64,000 nt of DNA from Macrostomum lignano (lineage: Eukaryota). Location: positions 12,594 to 76,593 of the forward strand of contig NIVC01003791.1 in NCBI GenBank assembly GCA_002269645.1, given 5' to 3'. Under the pieces are notes generated by a model. It had not been told where the DNA came from. It saw only the letters and a program-made list of their open reading frames with translations, and made no database searches. Shown here in pieces: positions 50,580 to 62,350 of the stretch. Each line of letters opens with the position of its first letter. Position 1 is the first letter of the stretch. Made by a program: the position numbers and the translations under genes.

Positions 50580-50933
50580 TTAGTCGACCTCCTCCATCTT
50601 GGCGTCGTCGGCGTTGGCATCGCCGCCGACCTCAGTTGGCATGGAAGACGAGGACTCGCCGGCGGCGGCGTCAGGGACGTCGTCCTCCTCGATGCCGAGG
50701 CCCAGCTTGATCATGCGGTGGATGCGGGTGGCGTGCACCTGCGGGTCCTCCAGGGCGAAGCCAGACGACAGCAGGGCGGTCTCGTACAGCAGCTGCACCA
50801 GGTCCTTCACCGACTTGTCGTTCTTGTCGGCCTCGGTGCGCTGCCTCAGCATCCCGCAGATGGAGTGGTCGGGGTTGATCTCCAGGTGCTTCTTGGCCGC
50901 CATGTAGCCCATGGTTGAGGAGTCGCGCAGAGC
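50580..50933 (-). CDS. HSP90: Cytosolic HSP90, exon 3 ([11 protein letters not shown]...MEEVD*)
   Basis: Acceptor tcgccag|gct, phase 0; C-terminal MEEVD. Confidence 0.97.
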   Translation of the reverse strand, partial: ALRDSSTMGYMAAKKHLEINPDHSICGMLRQRTEADKNDKSVKDLVQLLYETALLSSGFALEDPQVHATRIHRMIKLGLGIEEDDVPDAAAGESSSSMPTEVGGDANADDAKMEEVD

Positions 50934-51036
50934 CTGGCGATGGGAGGCGGGGCATGGGGGAGCGGTTTATAATCTATCAGTTTCCGGCTACAAAAACTGG
51001 TAAAATCCGAGTCACAGCAGCAAATTGCCGGCTCAC

Positions 51037-52191
51037 CTGCGCCTTCATGATGCGCTCCATGTTGGCGGACCAGCCGTACTGCGACGTGACGATGCAGCAG
51101 GGCGAGTCAACCAGCCGGTTGGACACGACCACCTTCTCGACCTTCTTGTCCAGGATGTCCTTCATGACCTTGCACAGCGGCTCAAAGGAGGCCTTCTTCT
51201 CCTCGAAGGCCTTCTTTTCGTCCTCGTCCTCAGGCAGCTCGAGGCCCTCCTTGGTGACGCAGACGAGCTTCTTGCCGTCGTACTCGCGCAGCTGCTGGGT
51301 GGCGTACTCGTCGATGGGATCGGTCATGTACAGCACCTCCAGGCCGCGCTTGCGCAGACGCTCAACAAAGGCGGAATGGGCGACCGCTTCCTTCGACTCG
51401 CCGGTGATGTAGTAGATGTCCTTCTGGTTCTCCTTCATGCGGCTGACGTAGTCCTTCAGGCTGGTCCAGTCGTCGCCGGAGCTGGTGGAGTAGTAGCGCA
51501 GGTAGTCGGCCAGCTTCTTGCGGTTGGTGCTGTCCTCGTGGATGCCCAGCTTCAGGTTCTTGCCGAACTGCTCGTAGAACTTCTTGAAGTTCTCCTTGTC
51601 CTCGGCGATGTCGTCGAACAGCTCCATGCACTTCTTCACGAGGTTCTTGCGGATGACCTTGAGAATCTTGTTCTGCTGCAGCATCTCACGGCTGATGTTC
51701 AGCGGCAGATCTTCGCTGTCCACGACGCCCTTGATGAAGTTCAGGTACTCTGGGATCAGCTCCTCGCAGTTGTCCATGATAAAGACGCGACGCACGTACA
51801 GCTTGATGTTGTTGCGCTTCTTTCGGTTCTCGAAGAGGTCGAACGGCGCGCGCTTCGGCACAAACAGAAGAGCACGGAACTCGAGCTGACCTTCAACGCT
51901 GAAGTGCTTCACAGCCAGGTGCTCCTCCCAGTCATTAGTCAGGGACTTGTAGAACTCGCCATACTCCTCCTGAGTGATGTCATCCTGGTTCCTGGTCCAG
52001 ATAGGCTTGGTCTTGTTCAGCTCCTCCTCGTCAATGTACTTCTCCTTGATCTTCTTTTTCTTCTTCTTGTCGCCTTTCTCATCTTCATCATTGTCATCCA
52101 AATCATCCTCGACCTTTGGCTTCTCCTTCTCGGCATCTTCACCGTCTTCTTTCTTCTCTTCCTTTTCTTCCTCAGCTTCGTCATCGCTGAC
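51037..52191 (-). CDS. HSP90: Cytosolic HSP90, exon 2 (charged linker and middle domain)
   Basis: tcacag|gtc agc gat gac; [36 protein letters not shown]; donor cag|gtgagc. Confidence 0.97.
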
Positions 52192-52651
52192 CTGTGAATA
52201 AAGACAAAGTTGGTGTATTAATTTAATTAGTTGTTTAAGAATTAAATTTATTAAAGAAAGACTGATTTTGATTTTTGAGTTAAAACAAACCGCAACTGGC
52301 TATAAAAATATAAGAAGTTTGTTATCGATCTTGCTGCCATTCTATATACAAGTTGTCTAGATTACTAGAATGTAATATACAATATTGTTACTAATAATAG
52401 TAATATAGGAATATAAATTTTTAAATAGTAGTAAAAACTTATAAAAATGAAAAGCACAAACTAAAACAAATTAACATATAACAATAAAACTAAAGCCTAA
52501 AGGCGTAAATTTTTCTAATAATAATATTCTATAGAAATTATATATTTATAATATTATATATTCCATTGATATAATAATAACAAAAAATGCACACTAGCTG
52601 TAGAACTATAATTAAAAATAATAAATTAACCACATCATAGAATAATCTTAC

Positions 52652-53305
52652 CTCCTTTTCCCGCTCCTTCTCCAGAACAAGCTTGATAGGATAACCAATG
52701 AACTGAGAGTGCTTCTTGATGACCTCCTTGACCTTCCTCTCTTCGATGTACTCGGTTTGATCCTCTTTCAGGTACAGAACGATCTTGGTGCCGCGTCCAA
52801 TGGGCTCGCCATGGTCCGGCCGGACGGTGAAGCTGCCGCCAGCAGACGACTCCCAGACGTATTGCTCGTCGTCATTATGCTTGGACGTAACAACAACACG
52901 GTCAGCTACAAGGTAGGCAGAATAGAAGCCAACACCGAACTGACCAATCATGCTGATATCAGCGCCAGCCTGCAGCGCCTCCATGAAGGCCTTGGTGCCA
53001 GAGCGAGCGATGGTACCAAGGTTGTTGACCAGATCGGCCTTGGTCATACCGATGCCACTGTCGATGATGGTCAGAGAATTGTCGCTCTTGTTAGGGATGA
53101 TCTTGATTTCCAGATCGCGTCCGCTATCCAGAACCGACGAATCCGTGAGGCTCTGGTAGCGAATCTTGTCAATAGCATCGCTAGCGTTGGAAATGAGCTC
53201 ACGAAGGAAGATTTCCTTGTTAGAATAGAAAGTGTTGATGATCAAGCTCATTAACTGAGCAATCTCGGCCTGGAAGGCGAAAGTCTCAACCTCGGTATCA
53301 GCCAT
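52652..53305 (-). CDS. HSP90: Cytosolic HSP90, exon 1 (ATPase domain)
   Basis: [47 protein letters not shown]; donor gag|gtaag; joined CDS 720 aa. Confidence 0.97.
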
Positions 53306-53433
53306 TCTGTTGTCTCTGCAGCTTCTGATACGGTTTTAATATTAAATACAAATGCTAACGCTTGAGTGCGCACTGTGAACAGCTTCAGAGTAAGAATTTC
53401 AGTAAGGCTCCGAGCGGGCCGCGAATTGGCTGC

Positions 53434-53515
53434 TTATATAGCTTTGGTGCGGGCTTGGAAATCCATGGATTCTCTTTTTATTCTAGAATATTCTAGAATC
53501 AGAATTCTAGAAGGG
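53434..53515 (-). promoter_or_regulatory. HSP90 promoter: TATA box and heat-shock elements
   Basis: Minus-strand CTATATAAG at 53433-53441; perfect TTCtaGAAtaTTCtaGAA at 53481-53498 and TTCTAGAA at 53505-53512; GC boxes near 53598. Confidence 0.85.
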
Positions 53516-53968
53516 AAACCCGCTGCTTTTCTATTTTTAGACTGGCTTTCTCTACAATACGCCGGGCTGTGCTCGGTGAAGTGTCTATTTTTAGACCCGC
53601 CCCGCCTGCCTTTTCCTTACCTCCTGCACCCCCTCCGCCCGTTTCCTGGGCGCCGGGCGGCAGTGACTCACAATCATCCCATGATTATGGCAGATTGGCA
53701 GTTGAAGCATAAAGGCCTTGTCTCAGTTTAGTTTCGTATTATTTCCTTGATGTAAAAATTATACATTTACAGTAAGTATAGCCATTTTTTAGCTTTATAA
53801 AGAAGACATTCAATTATGAAATCTTACAACACAAGGCAAACAAAGTTCGACGTTTTCCATTACAAGATTTACTAATGTTTTTGTACATGCCTTTCTCAGC
53901 TCTAATAGTCTTTCGAACCATCCATACGATGTAATAATAGTAACGCTATTATAACAGATTCATACGGC

Positions 53969-54038
53969 CAGGGGCGAATCTAGGATTTTCGTCCCGGAAG
54001 GGTCAGCTGACCCCTTTACTCCCCTGGATCCGCAATTG
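53969..54038. mobile_element. Miniature degenerate MITE (CAGGGGCGGATCCAG-type ends)
   Basis: CAGGGGCGAATCTAG ... CTGGATCCGCAATTG with central palindrome GGGTCAGCTGACCC. Confidence 0.4.
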
Positions 54039-54258
54039 AGAAAAGTTCTGCTCTTCCTCGAAATTTGACACAGGTAATTGTATTTTTCTCAATGTTCCAT
54101 TCGGAATGCGGATCATGACCCTCTGGGAGGGTTCTAGGGAATAATACAATCCCGGAATCCTGGAAAGGCTCAAATCCCGGAGTTCGAAAATCCCGGGATT
54201 GACCATCGGAATCCCAAACCCGCTTTGCAATAATTCAATCATTCATTCTCGAGTTCCA

Positions 54259-54570
54259 CAGGCGCGTCGCCACCAGGGGGGCAGGGGGGACATGTCCCCT
54301 CCAGTAAAAGCTATGGGGGGGCACGCCATGCTTTGTCCCCCACCCCATCTTGTGACCCGTTGTGGTAATCAATAATTTGCCGCAAGCGCCAAAATGAGTG
54401 CCTGCGGCGCTAAAAGAATGCCTGCGGCGCTAAAAGGAGTGCCTGCGGCGCCAAAAGGAGCGCTGACAAACACGATTCTCAAAATAATGGAAATGTAGGA
54501 ATTTAGTCATGTACATGTTGAATTCTTGGCTTTGCCCCCCCCCACAATAAAATCCATGGTGACTCACCCG
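54259..54570. mobile_element. Degenerate non-autonomous DNA element with 4 internal ~21-bp repeats
   Basis: CAGGCGCGTCGCCA / TGGTGACTCACCCG-like ends, TGCCTGCGGCGCTAAAAG x4; the GGGACATGTCCCC motif is shared with about 13088-13101. Confidence 0.4.
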
Positions 54571-56429
54571 TACTTTAGGTGAAAATATAACCCAGTTGTC
54601 CTACTTCGATTTCTTAATCTTTTAAGCATGCAGGCTAGTGAGTAGAAGGCTAGGGCTGCAGGGATGCAAAACAGAAGCTGTTGCAGTAGCAGGTCGTAAG
54701 GGGATTTTTAAGGTGCAATAATGTATAACTAGTCCCTACATACCTTCAGAACTCCTTGGCCGTAGTTGGGATTAGAATAGTGGGACCTTGCTATCGGACC
54801 ACAACCCAAGCCGAAGCTACCAATTTTCCATCTAGGGCGGGTGCACCTGGGAGGGTGAGGTCTGATCCCCTTTCTTCCCTGGTACCTCGGGCCATAGCTC
54901 TGTTAAGCTAGCTATCATTGCCCAGGTTACATCACAATCAAGTGTGATTTTCCCGAGCTGAAACTGGCATGTAAAAAAGCACGACTATTACGCCAGCCGG
55001 TACATCACACTCCAATGCGGAGCTCACCCTCGGTTTCTTGTTTGCAAAATATTTATTCTGTTGTACTTTTATCATTAAAAGCCCTTTAAAACCAGGTTAG
55101 ATAGCTTTGTAAACCAAAATTGCTCCAACAAAGTTTAGAAACTTTCAACTTAGGATTTTGTATTCTCTAGGACCTAGGTCGAACAGAAATCATACAGTTT
55201 TTTCACAGAATCAAGGTTCAAGTTCACATAGAAATAGAAAGTAGTAAAGGTAATAAGATATCACGGCCTACGCCAACACCTACACTGTACTGTCGGTGTC
55301 AGTTTAAGATTAGAATAATCTTCAGTGGAAAATCACAAATTTGGAAATTATACATTTCGTAAATATCGCTATCGCATTGTCTATCGTTTCTACTGACAGT
55401 AGGCCCAAAATACAAAATGGAATCTTGCTTTACTCGTGAATTCTGTTTTTTTCTAATTTGCACTGCCATGGAATGCTTTGAGTGAAACAAGTTATTTTTA
55501 TCTAATACCATGACAGCTTCCTAGCATTAAAGTTATCACCGTGGACTTGGCTATTTGTGCCGGTTTGCGAAAATTTAAGAAACATATGAGCCTACTGTGT
55601 GAGTGAATAATACATGTACACCCATTTAATTAAGTAATAAATTAATAATTCATTCAATCATTTAATTAATGCAAGATAATATATTTACTGACATAGGCGA
55701 ATTGCATAAAAAGGCATATATTTTTGCTTTAATAAAATCGCTGCACTCATATATAGCTTTAAAAGGTTGCTGGTACGAGGGGAGCATTAAAAATCAGTTT
55801 GCAGCAGGAGCAGATTATAATAAAAAACCGCATCTCAGTCTGTTCATGCGATCAAATCGATATTTGTTAATCGGGGCGAACGAATTTAAATGCCGAGTTG
55901 TTCTCCACGGTAGGCCGTTTGAATACGCGCGCGCGGCGCCAAGAAAAATTAAAACAAAAAGGCGATCGATCGATTCTTCAAATTGAAAATTTGGAGACGC
56001 GATTAAAAAGTTGCGCAGATGCGAGTCGAGCGTAACAAACGAACCAACAGAACGCGAAACAGCTGTGAAATAATAAATGGTAAAATGAGGTTCGCAAGAT
56101 TTGAAAACGTTTTTGAGGCAGATTTCAGCATGGAAATTAACATCGAAATTTAATGTGCTTATATAAGACGTCTTTTTAGCAGATTAGATAGCAAAAATAC
56201 TGTAATACCGTATGGTACAGTACGATAACAAAAGTACGTATTATTGCAAAACTGAATTTACTAAACGCCATGTTTATGGTTAGCATTGAACTGTATCTAC
56301 CGTAAATGTACCGTAAAATTGCGAGCCAATACTTGATAAGCCTATAATTACGAATTTAAATATGACAAATTTGACTGAGTCAAGAATCTGAGTTAAGTTG
56401 TCGGATTTTTAAAGGGGTATTAGATAAAC

Positions 56430-56855
56430 TCGGGGGTATTAAATGAACCGAGGGTGTTAGGTAGAATACGAGGGTATTAAATAAGCCGAGGGGTATTATA
56501 TGAAACAGGGGGTATCAGATCAACAGAGGGGGTGTTACATCAACTGAGGGTATTAGCTGAAACGAGAGGCATTAGATAAATCGAGGGGTATTAGATGAAT
56601 CGAGGGGTATTAGATGAATCGAGGGGTGTTAGATGAATCGAGGGGTGTTAGATGAATCGAGGGGTGTTAGATGAATTGAGGGGTGTTAGATGAATCGAGG
56701 GGTGTTAGATGAATTGAGGGGTGTTAGATGAATCGAGGAGTGTTAGATGAATTGAGGGGTGTTAGATGAATCGAGGAGTGTTAGATGAATTGAGGGGTGT
56801 TAGATGAATCGAGGGGTATCAGATAAACTGAGGGACATTAGATTCGCCGAGGGGT
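56430..56855. repeat. 19-bp minisatellite AGGGGTGTTAGATGAATCG
   Basis: Period 19 at 56641/56660. Confidence 0.9.
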
Positions 56856-57749
56856 ACATATAAACTGACAAAATGGTATTTGTTGTATGACTAAAGAAAA
56901 GCGGAGTTTACTATTGACGAGTACTATAGTTGGAATTTTTACGGCTACTGGTAGCTGGTGGACTTCGGTAGAGGTATTGACTTAGGCGAAGGTAAGTTTA
57001 ATTAATGATGGCTATTTGACATCCTAGATTTCTTACACGTATTGCAGCAGTCATTTATTCTCGCATGGTGATTACAAAATAAACTTACAAAAATTCCAAT
57101 AAAACTTGCACGAGATCGAAAATAAAACAGTTTGGAACACATCAGGCGTGAATGGGGAGCAGTGCAGCGCAACAAGCATAAAGCAGCGCGTCTTTTGAGG
57201 ACACAATCTGAGGTTTCGTGAGCGCGTAGACAGGGTAGGTCAAATGTGATGAGGTCGTGATAAAAGGAAGCACCGAGTTATGGACTGACGCTTAGAGATG
57301 TGTGCATAGAAACAAAGCGCAAAAGGAAACTATAGAACTTAAAATGAGAAAAAAACTAAAAAATGAGCATGATGTTTTTGACCGCTGCTTGCCGATTTAA
57401 GGTCTTATTAAGCTGCTAATATTGAGCAGCAATCTAGGAGCTTATTAAGTTCCTTTAGTTTCATGTCTTTTAATTTTTCGGAATCGGAAAATTTGCTTAA
57501 AACCTAAGGCTGAAAGGCTTCAACATGCATTGTAGACCCTGTTCTAGACCGTGACCATTAAATCTTACGTCTAACTACGTTTCTACGAGCGTAGTCAGGA
57601 TGAATTATGATTCATAGGCATTTAAAACCATAGGCATAACAGTTCGATTGTCTATGCAAGCAGAGGGCCTACCATTCGCATAATACGAGCAAAATATCAT
57701 AATACGAGCAAATAGTTGCAGTCCCCGCTTGCGGTCAAACTCTTCTTTT

Positions 57750-58598
57750 TTACCAATGCCTTTGTTGTCTCCGCCTCTTCCTCTGCCGCTGCTTCCGCTG
57801 CTTCTGACGCCGTCGGTTCCGCTTCTCTTGGCGCCGCCTTTTTGCCCTTCGCCTCTTCTGCTGTCTATACTCTTTGCGAAGTTCGTTGTAGTTGTTATTG
57901 ACTCGCTGCTCTTCGTCCAGAGTGTACACCCGAAACGCGAATAAAGACAGGGCAGCCTGGCGGAGCCTCTCGCTGGGCACAGCGTAGATGTAAATGGCAA
58001 ACATCCGGCTACCGTTCGGGTCAACTTTGTTCAGACTGTCGTTGCTTATTGTCGGAAGAAATTTCTGGTCGTAGTTTCCAGGCGCACTCCGATTTTCATA
58101 GATTAATTTCATAAATTCAACTGGTTCGTCCTTTTCAAGGTGTCTAATCTTTCTGATTGACTTTTCAGAGGCGTTGGTTCCGAAGCCTTGGTTCTTGTTG
58201 CTTGGAAGGTCAATAGTTGAAACAGTAGACAGCAGTCGAGTCTCTACGTCCCGTACTATTCTCTTGTATGCTTTTTTGAACTGATATAGTCTACTTCTAA
58301 GTCTCATTTTACTGATGCGATTCTGCAAGCTCTGGACAAGGCCCAGCTCAAACACCAAACAGATGTAGCCATTGGAAGATGCAGTGTAGTGTGCCACCAA
58401 ATTTGCCGTTCTGGGTGAAGCAATCTGCACTAGAAATGGCACATTGGTTCTGCTGTGGTGCTGCACGTGCATGTGCAGCTGCAGCAGCTTCTTGTAGCAC
58501 TTGGCTGTCTCCTTCACTAGCCGTTTGCTGGAACGGCGAAACTCGCGTTGCTTCAGCGTCAGTTCGCACGCCCTCGCAGCTCTCTCGCGGCGTTGACT
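57750..58598 (-). CDS. NDNF: NDNF/Nord-like secreted protein, terminal exon (FN3-like segment and polybasic tail)
   Basis: cttcag|agt in phase 0, open to TAA; RTANLVAHY..GYICLVFE is weakly similar to NDNF RTCSSATVAW..KFCIYKKE. Confidence 0.6.
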   Translation of the reverse strand, partial: SQRRERAARACELTLKQREFRRSSKRLVKETAKCYKKLLQLHMHVQHHSRTNVPFLVQIASPRTANLVAHYTASSNGYICLVFELGLVQSLQNRISKMRLRSRLYQFKKAYKRIVRDVETRLLSTVSTIDLPSNKNQGFGTNASEKSIRKIRHLEKDEPVEFMKLIYENRSAPGNYDQKFLPTISNDSLNKVDPNGSRMFAIYIYAVPSERLRQAALSLFAFRVYTLDEEQRVNNNYNELRKEYRQQKRRRAKRRRQEKRNRRRQKQRKQRQRKRRRQQRHW

Positions 58599-58704
58599 CT
58601 GAAGTGTGAAGTGATTATTTATTTGCCATTTTGCTTATTGACTGACTTAAGGATTTTTTATTTATTCTTACGTTACCAAGATGAAGCGAGGTAGAAACGC
58701 TCAC

Positions 58705-58895
58705 CTGAGGTCCATAAGCGTCAGGACTCCTTAGGACTTTCATATTTTCAACGCTATTGTACAGTTCCCATAGCAAGTTGATAGCTTCGTCAACCCGTCC
58801 GATTCGTGGCTGCACAATGTCCGGGCGTTCCGTGTTGGCCAAATGGACAAACTGCCACTGGAACTGTCGGGGCTTCGTAGTCCAACTTTCCGCAA
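58705..58895 (-). CDS. NDNF: NDNF/Nord-like internal exon
   Basis: tttacag| phase 1 in, cag|gtgagc phase 0 out; frames join both neighbours. Confidence 0.6.
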
Positions 58896-59178
58896 CTGTA
58901 AATGAGACATGTTGATACAAAATTCCGCTTATGCCTGCTCGCGAAAGGGGATGTCAACTTAAGCTTCAGCCCGAAGCAAAGCTAAGGACCAAACCGACTG
59001 CAATCGATAACTTTTCAGGTCGGAACAGCTGACTAGAAACTCCGAGACATCCCACCCAGGTCCCTTCCTTGTGCTCCCAGTGTCTCTAGTTCCGTAGCTT
59101 AAGTTGATATCCCAGTTGCGTACCATGGCCTTATAAACTTTACAAACTAAAAAAATCCGAGAATTGAAGGCAACCTAC

Positions 59179-59667
59179 TGGCTCTCCGATGTCTGATGGG
59201 CCCCTGGCCCGGCTGGCCTTGGTCCTTGATCTTGTGCTCGAGTCTAATAAGCAGACGGATGCTGTCATAGCGACAGGCCTCGCTGTCGCCTGTTAGGCAC
59301 ATGTGCAACAGGTCCCGGCCGCAGGCCACGCCGCCATACGGCCACACGGAATCGTTGCAGCTATAGTTGGCGGCATTGATGGCGAAAGAGTCTGACTGGC
59401 CGCTGTAAGGCGTGATTTCAACTCTGTAGGCCGAGCCCACCATGTCCAGGCGAGACGGCCGGACCAACAGCGACGTGTTTGGTGGCATCTGAACTGAAAC
59501 TGTAGCTTCGTACACACCGTTGTCGGTTCCTGGCACGGGCAGGAGGTCCGTTGAGGATTCCACGTAGTATTGCTGTGAGCAGGAGACAAACGGCTGGCGG
59601 ATTCCAGTTTGGGGGTCTTTCCGGTGTAGCATTGACGTATGCCATGCTACTGACTCGGCTTGGCCAT
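59179..59667 (-). CDS. NDNF: NDNF/Nord-like internal exon ending in RHRRA
   Basis: cctccag|at and a|gtaggt, phase 1/1; Cys-containing beta-rich sequence. Confidence 0.65.
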
Positions 59668-59851
59668 CTGGAGGTAGGAGTTCGAATTTGCTGAGTCTTA
59701 ATTGTCCTGGTTAATCTCTTGGCTAAGAAGCTAAATTCTTACAGTCGATTTTTTTGATAATTATGTTGTAAGCGTCGATAGTAATTCTATGCAGGCATGT
59801 AGTAAACTGCAGCCAATGCTGCAACGCCAAAGTAACCCAAGTTACACTCAC

Positions 59852-60436
59852 CGGAACCTGGCCAGACCAGGTAGGCGTTTACATAGAGAACACTTGGATC
59901 GCGGCTCTCTAGCAGGCGAGACACGTTTACAAGAGGGTCTTGGCGATACAGGCTGGCATAGCTAGTGCAGTTGTAGGCGTAGGAGCCGATTGGCAAAGCG
60001 TATCGCTTGGTGCCGTCAAGCAGACCCTCGTGCGGATGGGGCAGAGCACCAGCAAGAGCGATCTGGGCTGAGCAGTACTGGTGCAGTGGCCGGATAGAGT
60101 TCACAACAACGCACACGTACATTTGGTTATGCAGCTGACGCGCCGCAGCCATCATGTGGCTGACGCGAATCCGGATCTGCTGCGGCGAGGCGCTATTACC
60201 TCCGCGACCTCCCGGATCGCAGACCTGCAGGTTATAGCGGCTTGTGCCAAGCTCGATGCTGGGGTACCGCGTGGACAGCTTGATGAGCACTTTGGTGCTG
60301 CCCAGGCGTTGCAGTCTTTTTGTAGCATTGCCGAACGCGCCGAGGCGCATGCTGAGCGACTGGGTGCCACTGGTCTCCAGACGATGAGTGGCGCTGTACC
60401 GACTGACTAGCTGGTGATTGTCTCGGACGGCCAAGT
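59852..60436 (-). CDS. NDNF: NDNF/Nord-like internal exon
   Basis: ctgcag|ac and g|gtgagt, phase 1/1; YVCVVVNSIRPLHQYCSAQ resembles NDNF YCVVINKEHNFKSLCAVE. Confidence 0.65.
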
Positions 60437-60527
60437 CTGCAGTGACGGTTTTGTTCGATTGATTTAAGAAATGGTTTCAAGAAGAGGGTTTCAAGTACAG
60501 TACAGGCTGATCAATCAAGGTGCTCAC

Positions 60528-60700
60528 TTTCGCCGGGAGGCCGGTAGTAATCAGCTTCCAACGAGCGCAACTTCATCGGCCGAGAGCGCGGTCCGGCTAG
60601 CTTGCGGAACTCGAACTCCACAGGCGACAGACAGGGCACAACAGTGGCGAATAGGTTGGTTGGCAGATTGCTCGAGCTTTGGAAGACAAACTGCTCGTGC
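60528..60700 (-). CDS. NDNF: NDNF/Nord-like exon (N-terminal domain), not in the ORF track
   Basis: ctacag|g (phase 2) HEQFVFQSSSNLPTNLFATVVPCLSPVEFEFRKL resembles NDNF RYFFVVEEDNTPLSVTVTPCDAPLEWKL; donor a|gtgagc, phase 1, joins the next exon. Confidence 0.65.
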
Positions 60701-61625
60701 CTGTAGATACGTGATCCGCGGGTTGGTATTAGTTACTTTTGTTGGTGCGTACTTGGCCGTGGCTTCTTAAAACTCAGGATAATAATTTCAAAAAATAAAA
60801 CCCTAATGCATTTTTAGAGTGGCAAAAAATATCAAGCTCGCTCATGACGAGAGTGGATGCGACGCATGACCTTGAATTATCAGGTGTAGTTTAAGCTGCA
60901 TCTCTGCCTATAGCTTCATCCATCTCCTTCAGAACCGCACACACCGAGCACCCAGTGAACTACAATGAACTAACTGCACCAAAGACGGCTATTGGTGAAG
61001 CGAAACGTCAACACTAATATTCCTCTGATCCTGCCCAACAAATCCCAGGTATTCCGCCTCGAATGTCATTGGTGTATGCGGCTCGGTTTACTAATTAACA
61101 GGAGCTAGAAACAAAAGTTTTCCGCCGGTACTTTAGCCTTAGCTGTTAGTTACCACAGACACTGGCTTATTACCGCCCACCCCTGGCTGAACCCAGTCGA
61201 GCTGACGTAAGCAAACGGTAATTATATTGGCGGAGGGCCCACGCCTCGTTACAATTTCGTTTATTTGCTGTGCCAAGCAATTTCGAGCCACAGGCAAATT
61301 ATGCAATTATATTTTGCTTCTTTTCCGTTTGTTTCACATACCGCCAGATTTTAATCTATATATACCTGTCCTCGTGATGCGAAGCGGGCAGGTAATCTCG
61401 CCCAGTCGGTACACAATTGTCTTGCTTCCCCTTCTCGACATCCTAGACAGATAATACATGTAACTTCCGACTTACTCCAATTGCACCCGTTCTTTTCTAT
61501 TTATAGCACCTGCCGCCGCCGCTGTTTATCATCGCGCCAGAAATGCAAAAACGCGATTCGGATTCGAATACCAATGCAATGCAGGCCGTCTCCGGCTATA
61601 TCGGTACTATGCGGCCGCCCCTCAC

Positions 61626-61701
61626 CGGACCCTCCGCCCGTAGAAGTTCGACCTTCAATCGGTGCAGCGTTCCGAATACGAACTGCTGCTCGCTATGGGA
61701 T
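61626..61701 (-). CDS. Tentative upstream exon of the NDNF-like gene (..TLHRLKVELLRAEVR)
   Basis: Donor cg|gtgagg in phase 2 fits the next exon; the acceptor and signal-peptide exon were not resolved. Confidence 0.3.
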
Positions 61702-62350
61702 CCTTGATATTTGTGTGGGGTGCGCGCACTCTATTATATGGACCTTGGCGTGTCCGCCCCCCAGCCTCTCTAATCAACGGGCTATCGACACCTTCCTGGA
61801 GAGAGAGAGAGGCAGAGGATACCGCCAACGGTGTGGGATATTTCTCCCCTCGTTATCAGTGCACTAACTTCAAGTTCCTTCGCCGTCTTATTTTTCCCTT
61901 TTCAGGCCGCTGCCCTAGATCGCGCCGCTATATATCTACAGGTGCAGGGGCTGCGGCAACTCTAAATTAAGCAAATCAGCCAGTGGTTGGAGGCACCGGT
62001 AGAATCGATAGAGGCAAGACTGCAGCAATTTGAAGCCCAGTATCGTTAAAAGATGGTTCGGATCGCCGTTGCCCGCTTGCACTGGAAGCATTGTATACCA
62101 CCGAATTTTTTCTCTGCTTTTTTACTCGGAGCTCGGGTACAGACCGGAAAAGGACAGAATGTCATGGAAAAGAAACATGCAAAAGAACAGGTAAATTGGA
62201 AAAAGAAAAGGTAGACGGGCGGACAAACAAGATGAAATTAAGAGAAAGTACAGGTGGCACCGAAGCAAGGAAACTGTTGAAAAAGATGGACAGCATAAAT
62301 TGATAAGAAATTACGTCTGGTTCTAACAAACTTGTATCTTACTAACTTTA

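Noticed and set aside
51025-52197. 390-aa + strand ORF and other ORFs antisense to HSP90
   Set aside because: These are shadow frames caused by GC3-rich codon usage of the HSP90 CDS; they show no recognisable protein features.
57880-58010. TGF-beta prodomain (YAVPSERLRQAALSLF) followed by a basic cleavage region
   Set aside because: The frame stops after the basic run with no cystine-knot domain, and upstream exons match NDNF instead.
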